DNA from: Trichoplax adhaerens
Taxonomy: Eukaryota > Animalia > Placozoa
Direction of reading: 5' to 3'
Assembly: GCF_000150275.1 (NCBI RefSeq)
Contig: NW_002060948.1
Span: forward strand, 4,448,336 to 4,512,335
DNA length: 64,000 nucleotides
Shown here: one piece after another, positions 54,753 to 64,000 of the stretch
Numbering within the stretch: the first letter of the stretch is position 1
Layout: every line of letters begins with the position of its first letter
Position numbers and translations under genes: made by a program
The notes under the pieces: model-generated
What the model was told of the DNA's origin: nothing
The model's input: the letters and a program-made list of their open reading frames with translations, nothing else
Databases searched by the model: none

Positions 54753-55684
54753 TTATTTAATTTTTGAAAGTGTACTCTGCACTCGCATAAAATGCCATAG
54801 TATCTTCCACAGTGCAGAATATCGCATATTTACAAGACGGACTGCATATTCAATTATTGCCTTAAAATGACGCTATGAAACTCTTTTTTAGTTATCGTAG
54901 TGAATTATAATTTACAGATACATGCCTGCCTGTGTTTCTATAATATCATTAAGCATTAATGCCAATTACTGTATTTATGATTAGAGGATATCCGCATCTA
55001 TTGATCTATGATAATAATTTGAATCATGCTGTTAGATAGAAATTAACTTTAACGCTGATAAGCCAAATCTAATGAAACTATACTTATTTAATTTGAGTAG
55101 GTTTACTGGTTCAGACCAAAAGTCTCTAAAAATTTATCTATCAGTAAATAATGTAATTAATGCTATCCATCCTCACAGCTTAACCGGATAATATATTTTT
55201 TCACCACGGATTATACTCGTATGTATTCACCAGTGGTCTTAATTCAATGACACTGTATATGTATTATGATGGATGTTATTGTGGAATTGTAGTGTAATAA
55301 ATACTCGTAAATGAGATGTGTTGGAAACTCACCCCTGATTATACTTATTATTTTATTGTTGTTAGTTAGCATGCTTGTATTGCACTGCGTTATCCATTCA
55401 TGCACAACGTAACTTTATTAATGGGTGTTTTATTACGTAGGAAATTGGGGACTTGAGGTATACGAGTATGCAGTTACAGGAAAGAAGATCTCCGTATCAT
55501 AAATTTATAATACTTCATTTACTATCGTGGTAAATGGTAAAGATTTAGTTGCTGTACTGCAGTTAGTGAAACCTTTATAAAGGAAATGTACGCTTTCATG
55601 GATGTAAATAGTGTTTACAGTTAACAGTGTCAATGATATCAAATCAATCGTGAATACGCTATCAATGCCTTAAATTACCAAATG

Positions 55685-55705
55685 CTCGATTCTCTGAGAA
55701 TCGAG
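55685..55705. other. 21 bp inverted repeat (10 bp perfect arms, 1 nt centre)
   Basis: CTCGATTCTC-T-GAGAATCGAG. Confidence 0.9.
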
Positions 55706-55790
55706 TGATTGTATGCTTGTTAACCTACTATATATGTATTATATTTACAGTGGGATTAAGTACTTTATCCTTTGCGATGGGAAATTTTTA

Positions 55791-56060
55791 TAGACCTGCA
55801 TTACGACGTGAGTTGTAAAATGGTTGCAGCGACTGATAGTTTGTATTAGAAACTTGAAAAAGAAATCGAATTATTCAATACTGCAATATGAAGTGATCAA
55901 AATATCATGAATCCATTGCTCAATGTCGTACCGATCTGTCTGCATGGCATTTGAGCCTAATTTAATGTCCATTTCTTCAAAATTGAAAGACATAATTGAA
56001 GGCAACACTATAGCTGAACATTATTCAACCATTTTGGAGGGCTCTCGCCACGCCCCTATA
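55791..56060 (-). repeat. Dispersed repeat copy B (inverted relative to copy A at 8348-8624)
   Basis: Reverse complement reads AGGGGCGTGGCGAGAGCCCTCCAAAATGGTTGAA..TATGTCTTTCAATTTTGAAGAAATGGAC..TTCTAATACAAACTATCAGTCGCTG, matching copy A. Confidence 0.85.
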
Positions 56061-57901
56061 ATAGTGCATACAGATGTCGTGGTCAGCCCAGAATAACACA
56101 AATAAGGACCTGATGAATAAATAAAAAAATTATCTGAGAACAGTATAGAAATCTGAATCTGAAAGTAATGTGATCACTACTACTAGTAATGACCCATATA
56201 CTGTAGTTAGGATTCCATAAAGTAGAAATTGGTCAATCCACTCAATGGCATTCAATACTGAATGACCAACGAGTTCTACGTCCAATTTGCCAAAGGTGAA
56301 CAACCCCCTCTTTCTATTGTGCAAAATAAGTTGTCACCCATGATGTTATCGTCTTTGTCTGTATGAATTAGATAACACTTACATCATGACTCCAATATGA
56401 AATTTAGGGGTGACACAACATAATCTTAGACCGGATATTTAATAGAGAATGGCATCAAATGCTCCTTCTACAGCCATACGCCGATGCGAAATGACAGATT
56501 GGATACAATGTAATAAATCACTTTCGAGCTTCTGTTCAAAACAGTAGCCTTAGAATACATTGATCATATCTGTGACTGTTTTGATACAGTACCCTGCATC
56601 CTAGACAATACCGCATATTACCTATTCATTATATTAATATCCGTAGTGCCTACAGTATATACGTTTTAGGCGCTGACCGGCAGGGACAAAATTCAATTTC
56701 TGCTTTAACCAACGGCAAATCTTGGTTGTTTTTGTATGCTTGTCGATGGAAAATGACTTGAAAATGGACGATGAGAAGGTAGGCTGCACGTTGTAGAAGC
56801 TATTTTCAACGTTAAACATACGGGATAGCGTGTTGCTTGTTGGTAGAACAGAGGACTGTACTGTCGTGTACATGTAGAAGGCTTAAAAGTAGTTTACCTC
56901 ACAAGAGTGGACGCGTCCATTCCTTTCGTGTATTCCTTATACTATACCAGTTGTTAAAGGCTTAAAGATGGAAAATGTGATGATTATAGCAAACTAGGCG
57001 GTAGGTTGACTAATCGATAGGTACATCTAGTCGGAACAGATTGAGTTAAGGCATCTTTGATCATGGCGATGTGAATAGGAATAGATGGAATAAGCTTACA
57101 TCGACGAGAAAGGTCCCTAGGGCCTCGTCTTTTCGAACGCCCTCAAAGCAACTTATCTAATTTTACTGGATATCATGGCTCAACATTTCAACACTTTTTT
57201 TACCATGTTGAGTAATTATAGCATATTTCAAAAAGAGTTTTAGTAGAACTGGTTGAAGGTGTACTGGTATAGCTTGTGTTGGAAATAGTAAGGTAATACA
57301 GAATCATGATAATGTGACAAGGGATACTATGAGATTCTTATTGCATTGTATGATGATTTCAAATTTTCGACACCCATTGATTAATCTACTGGCTGGAGAT
57401 CCAATCATCAAAGATCAGCCATGTTAATAGTAAACCTTGGATGCAGCCGAGGAATAAGCGGTATTAGGATCATCGATTAATTTCTTGTATCAATGGCGTG
57501 ATCCTAAACATTGCACGCTCTATTTTTGCAAAATCAACAATGTCTACGTCACAAAAAAATGAACTCGATGCAATGGTGGATTGCTATACTGTAAGCGGAT
57601 TGCAACTTTGAGTAAACAAATACTTGCTTAATCTGCTTCTATTCTGTAGAAGTATATTGGTCTTTTGTATGAAGGAGAAGATTTAAAATAAGATTGCTTT
57701 TTGACCTCCTTTTATTGCATTCTATTGCACTCAATGATTCATCCTTATCCAAAGGATCATTTATCTATTTTTAAATCGAATTCTATCATGTTAACTATGA
57801 TCCTGTAAATACAACTTGAATATACGGTAATGTACAAGATCAAGATATTATTAAGGTTAAACCGACACTTAGTCATATTAGTCTTCTATGCCGGTTCCTA
57901 C

Positions 57902-57915
57902 GGGGGGGGGGGGGG
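57902..57915 (+). repeat. Poly-G run (14 nt)
   Basis: Directly visible in AT-rich non-coding DNA. Confidence 0.85.
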
Positions 57916-59313
57916 TAGCAATTTTGAAGTATTTCATTTTCTTTGCAATTTTCGATCCTTCTGTTTTCCATTTAGTGCATATAGTCTGTGGTATAATAGT
58001 CCACAGATGAATTTTAGTAAGGCTACTGATTAATATTTTCAGATTGTAGAGTACTGTATAGTTCATGTCTAACGTTTCTAAGCTGGATAGATAGTACTGT
58101 ATTTTTAACGCAGACGACAGTGTCATTTTCTCCATCGCAAGTTTGTCCTTATGAGGGGGATAGAGCACACATGGACGTGCAATCAGATAGTGATTTTCTT
58201 TTCAATAGTTTGACAAAGTTTAAAGTAAAAATATATCGTTCTCATCTGTTCGCAAAATATTGACTCTCAATCAGTTATTTTCTTTCATCTTTTACAAATT
58301 ATTAAAATATCACTAGTTTAACTACCATTGAATCTCTTTTATAAGAAAAATTGAATAGAGCCGGTATAGTTTATTGGCCGTTTAGAGATTATATTTCCTT
58401 ATCAAGAATATTTAAATATACGAGACAGTATTGGTATATTCCATCGTGTAGATGGCCTTCATTTGTGGCGTATTGGTTTAAGAAATTTCTACTATTTGCT
58501 TTTGACTACCAATGAAAACTATAACAAGTACTATATCATCGACGATTGTGCTATTACTAATATACAATAAAGGAAAACCACAATAAGAATGCTGCTAATA
58601 TTAAGCTATTGATCCATTTCTCCCTGGTGTCGTCATTTGCCAACCTTCAACGTTGATAATATCGACTAGACAGACTATTGATTATATTATATTTCTGTTC
58701 ATACATGCAACGTTTTCTCTTTCTACATTATCTATTAATCTAAAGTACATTATAGATTAGATATCAGGTACTTCTTCTATTGGATGTATTTGTGTGATAG
58801 CTTTTTTTTCTTCTTGTAGAAAGATAAGATAAAATAGATAGCGTGAAGTCAGTAGATTTTCACTAAAATGACGTTGGCGATGGTTCTGATGATAGTAATC
58901 GGCGCAGATATAGTCTTGACTAGATATACTGTAATAGCATGCACAACTTTTGTTGGCAAAGGAAATCGCTTCCGTCGTTGTCAAAGTCAAGAATAATAAT
59001 ACTGTACAATTGTCGATCAGTGTTGTACCGTGTCTATGATCAGCTGATTGGATAGTTGTAATTCATTCATTGGATTAAATTGTTGGTTATTTATTTGTCC
59101 TTTTGGATGATGAAAATAGGTTGTAATTTAAAGACCCTAGATAGGAAAGGTCTCTGTTTGTACCGTACTGTATGTCAGTTGAGGAATAGAATAGAGGGTA
59201 TGGATTGTCAACCATTTCCATTTTGATGCATTCATTTTAAGTTAGCTAAAATAGACCAATTATATCGTCAAGCAGTTGACTGATCAATTTTATTTTCAAA
59301 ATGGCTACTGTAG

Positions 59314-62300
59314 GTGCGTGATGGAGATATGGATCACATATCTGATGATGTTGATGATTGGTATGAAGTAGATGACGATGATTATGATGACGTAAATAAC
59401 ATTGATGAGTCTTTCGATGAAGATGATCTGAGGAATGGTATTCAAGGACTTGATGAGCTTACTGTCAATGGCCAAGCCGATGGAAAAACTGTAATTGAAG
59501 ATCAAGAAGAAGAAAGTGAATTAAAATTGATACAAAAATCAGGTAAGCGCAAGTTACAAATACCTTGCTAGGACTTGTAATACGATTGATGAGGATTTAA
59601 CATGCCAATAACTTGAAAAGGGCATCGTCTTTTCGTCGAAAATACTGTCGGATTTTTCATCAATTTTTATTGTTAACTGGGATAACAATTAACTTCTATC
59701 ATTCTGAGCATTACTGTGATGATGCTATAGGTTTAATGTTTTATAAAAATACATGAATAATCTGAAATACGCGTAGTATCACGAAATACATGCTTAGATG
59801 TGAAGTTCACGCCATAGAAATTTCTCAATTCTACAATTAAATCCTACTTTCACACCTGCGTTAGCCTTGATAGCAAGGGACATGGTAGGATCTTTTGCTG
59901 ATGAACAAGCGTATACGTTCCTATTTCTTAATTTTTTTCTTTATCTTGGCCTATATTCAATGTAGAAATGCAAAAATTGCTAATGGGTCTTCGTAAAATG
60001 AAAATTCGTAGTTTACTCAGTTGTCATGTCAGACAAAATGATTAATCCACCATATGATATATGAAGATGCTGATAGCCAATTCTATTTTTCCTATAAACT
60101 ATTGAAAACCTTCGAAAACACCGTAAACCTCATATAGCATACTGCATAACCTAATGTGATGATCACGATAGCTAGGAAATGTCCAATTCTTTAAACTCTG
60201 TAGCCTGCACAACTTATAATTTCGCGTTAACATTTGGATTTCTACTTGCAACAAGTCAAAATGGAATTAATTATTCTCGGTGATTACCGTTTCTATCACT
60301 TCAATTGTACAGTATTACAACATGAATGAAAATCGAGGTTAACCCATGAATACTTGTAAGCACGTAAGCTGTAGATGGGCGTATCGCGTTGTGTTCAATT
60401 CTCTATCGTAGTTTCAAATGAAAGTATTAGCTTTGTTATATCTTGTTGTGTTGCCATTATTTGTGTGTAAGACTCTCTTATAGTAGGGAATTAAATCTTA
60501 AAATTTGCTATAATTGTACAGTTCAAGAATCATGCATTGGTTGTGGTTACAAATAAGGGAGCATGTGGAGTAAATTTTTTACTTTCTTCAGCATTTTAAC
60601 TGGATGCTACCCATTGCAATAAATCTCAAGATTGATATTCTAACCGCATAAGATACAAAAATCAGACACTGCATACAATTGAAATTAAGCGAGTAAGTTG
60701 AATAAAAATGTCTGACTCAGCTGTGATCTAGTTGCAGCTATTAAATCTCAAGATTGGAGATTCTATTCGTGTAGTACAAGAGCCAGGCATTATAGTAATT
60801 GAAATGACGCGCTATCTACGTTACTATATTTTACTATAGACGCTAGCGGTTTACGTAAGCATCACCATTCTGACCGTGCGGTGTAGCCATACAATGCACG
60901 TAGTTATTACACCGCATGTAGTTGAAATTAGGCATGCATAATTTAATGAATAAATTTATGTACCATCATCTCCAGCATGTTCAACGCTTTATCATACTGC
61001 AGTACGTACTGTACATCTAATTTGATCAACTTTGTTGCGTATTTTTGCACAATCCCCACTGTCAAATTAATTAATTACTCAATGATGAAAACTCAATTTA
61101 CGTATCTACGGTGCTCGCTTATTGCGAGACTGAACTATTGCAAGTAAGAATTCTACAAACATTGACTATGTGATTTACTAAATTGCAACTAATAAGCTTA
61201 ATTGTAGCAAATTAAAAATTTTACTCCTACAATATACATATTGTGAGACCTTTTAGTCATACAGTGCTTAGAATCGATTTATTAATCGATAAAGTCTGCG
61301 CCGAATTTGTCCAGAACTTTTAGTATTTAATAGAACTATTAACCTTAATAGAGCAGGAGGTGTTAAAATATTGCAAGTTCTTCATTAAACACTGCACCTT
61401 ATAGCGAGAGCTTGGGGTGCTTAGAAAAAACTATTACTTGTGTTAACCGTAGTAATCACCAAAAGAAGGCTACACACGAGTGAGCCACCAAGCTTTGGAT
61501 AGGATAAGATATAGTATATATTTATTGTAGCCAGTTTCCTCGGCGTTTTCTTATCAAGCTTAAGCTTGTATTAATTAATCAGTACAGTATTAACCCTCAA
61601 GCAACTAACAACACTTATAGCTAAGAAAGTTTAACTAATTAGTGCACTTTACCGATTTCACTGAACTATATATAGTACAGTAATATATAACGTACGTACG
61701 CAAAATATCTCCTGCCAGTTACACTTCTTTATCTCACTAACTATGTTTCGAAATAGCATTCGCTTAAATGTATGTAATAAAATCAATAAAAGTAAATATA
61801 TAAATCCCGCTTCAGTTACTTTTACGTACATATAATGATCTATGGATATGAACACTGGCAATGCAGCGATTTGTAATTCCTTTCAGTAATACTGTAATTA
61901 TTAAATAGTATTATACGCATTAATTTGTGTCTATCTTAATTCTCAAGACAAACTATTATGAAATGATGAAATAGACGTTACAGAAATAACGAGATTAACG
62001 AGGGTTACATTCAGTAATTAAAAGTTACCGGTAATATCTCCGTCATATGATTTTTATGCTTATGGTATATAGGATTCCTATCATGCTGATAGGTAACATT
62101 ATGAAATGTTTGAATCAGAATAGAATAACAATATTGAACAGGGCTAACGTCAATTTAGCTGATATCAGTAAACTATATGTTGTATATACATCTACTTCAT
62201 CAATTCATAGAAAGCAAATTGTACTTTTAACAGTATACAATGAACTCTTTGGTCAAATGCAATGGTAACGGTTGTTATACTGCATAATTAGATATTGGGG

Positions 62301-64000
62301 CGTTGAAAGTTTAATTATTTCTTGATTTTGATTGAATTCAGTCGCTCACATATTTCCATATTCCTATAGCATGGTAATTTGAAATATGTTAACTGATTTG
62401 CTATGATTATGTAGTATTTTGTATTAAGTTGACTGATATAAAGCCTCATACATCAGGATGTTCATACACGAGTATGGTCTGAAGTTCTCGGATTAGCTAT
62501 TACTCGATCTTTCTTGATTTTTCGTATAACTTACGCAGGTTATTCAGTAATGCAAATATAAAGATTAATAAAATGGGGTGGGTCTTTAACTATGGACTAT
62601 ACAATACTAACATAATAAATAATTTCAATTACAAGATCTTAGCAATGAAAATATCAAAATTAATAAAATAGGGTTTACGGACGTAATTGGATATAATTTT
62701 ATTTTTAACATTACGACATATTTATATTAAGCAGCTCTTATGATAACGTATTTGCTCAAAGAAATCTTACACCTAGTATACTTTAATGGATAGTACAGAT
62801 AATTGCGGTTGTCAATAGTTGAATGATTACTAATTATTATAGTACATTAGTATTATAGTATTAATAGGTCAATAATAAATTTATTCAAAATCGTATGCGT
62901 ACAGTAAAAGTTAGCATATCTACAATGCCTTATTTACGGTTTGTACTTTAAGCTAAGCTAGAGACGAACCTTTGTAGGCTCTCTTTGTAGATTATCTTGT
63001 GAGTAGTACTAATAAAATCTGATCACGCTCCATCTCATCGTATTTAACGATACTATTACCAGAATTTAGGTATGCTAAGTCACGCCAACGGATCCCTTCT
63101 GAAAAGATAGCAACATCCCTAGGCCAGTTTTTCAAGTAAGGTTTTCTGGCATCATTCTGTATCTGAATTACTGTAATAAATTATTGCAATATTCATATAA
63201 TAATATTTGTTAATCAATTAAACAGTTGTAGAAGGAAAATGTAAAAGGCTGAGAAAGCCTTGTTAATTTTTACAAGGTCCAGATTACTGCTATTGTTTTT
63301 ACAGTCGTATTTTAAAATGAAAACATTAAGATTGTTATCACATTTTAATCAATTTTCTTATCTATAAAGTTTGATTCGTTCAGCAATTGGTAAAGAATTA
63401 TGGCGTGTTACAATGCCAATTCACTTTAACGAGCCATTGTCTCTGATGCAGGTAAATTGTGTAGTCGAAATATTTATACTTCTATACTCATTTGATATTA
63501 CATCTAATGATGTAAAAGCTATCGGAAAAACTATAGATACTACGGATAGTAATCTAATTATTATGGTGTATACTATATAGTCGATTCATCTGCTATGATA
63601 ACACAAAATAATCTAGAGTCTTAATATCATTTCAGAGAATCTGTGAAGATTTAGAATACGCATACTTACTGAATCAAGCTGCTGGTAATAAGATTGCTAT
63701 TATTGATTCGATCTTATGCAAATGTATCGTATCATAGAGTAATTGATTATAACATTACTGACGAGTTTACGTTTATGTCTGGTATCTGTAATTTTATCAG
63801 AATTATTATAAAACAAATGTAGGACTAATAATTATAACTTATTTACTAAAAGAATGCAAAGACTCTATGAGACGTCTAGCGTTGGTTACAGCTTTTGCCG
63901 TCTCGCCTTTCTCTACAACGATTGGAAGGTAAATGTGCTACCAATACAGTATTGTAAAATACTTACAATTATAGGATGTGATCTAGATCAACTGCTTTTT
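59314..64000 (+). CDS. Oxysterol-binding protein-related protein (ORD), runs off the 3' end of the window
   Basis: Acidic exon 59314-59542 joins in phase to the exon at 63063: EFRYAKSRQRIPSEK..NLIRSAIGKELWRVTMPIHFNEPLSLMQ|RICEDLEYAYLLNQAA|ECKDSMRRLALVTAFAVSPFSTTIGR (ORD lid and N-terminal motifs). Candidate first exon 57540-57590 (MSTSQKNELDAMVDCYT, GTAAGC donor, in phase). ORD call is firm; linkage of the upstream exons is inferred. Confidence 0.85.
60612..60812. repeat. Diverged direct duplication (period about 125 bp) in the OSBP-like intron
   Basis: TAAATCTCAAGATTG..ATTCTA..TACAA..AATTGAAAT occurs twice. Confidence 0.7.

Noticed and set aside
57902-57915. Poly-G as a functional G-quadruplex
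   Set aside because: A single homopolymer of uncertain length with no supporting context.

Overview
AT-rich, compact and intron-dense eukaryotic DNA (introns mostly 60-150 nt). The gene set is metazoan, and the style (tiny introns, TACAG/TACTG-rich promoters) is most consistent with a placozoan such as Trichoplax; that assignment is inference. Manual exon stitching gives, in order: 3' part of atypical PKC (+), CDKAL1 (-), an intronless SIRT2-like sirtuin (+), a single-exon DNAJC4-like J-protein (-), PIK3R4/VPS15 (+, about 45 exons, one forced and one probable GC-AG intron), an orphan SH2-domain gene (-), NBL1/DAN (-) in a large gene-free region with several diverged tandem duplications, a two-RRM nucleolin (-), PLEKHM2/SKIP (+) and the 5' part of an OSBP-related gene (+). 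The most interesting unexplained signals are: (1) self-complementary TACAG/TACTG arrays at all three head-to-head gene pairs, with the same motif present as extra sequence in only one copy of two local duplications; (2) a roughly 275 bp element present twice, 47 kb apart and inverted, one copy splitting the CDKAL1/sirtuin promoter array; (3) a DAN protein with an unpaired 11th cysteine (CxCC); (4) the orphan SH2 protein carrying ITIM-like tyrosine motifs. No rRNA, tRNA, CRISPR array or transposase was found.
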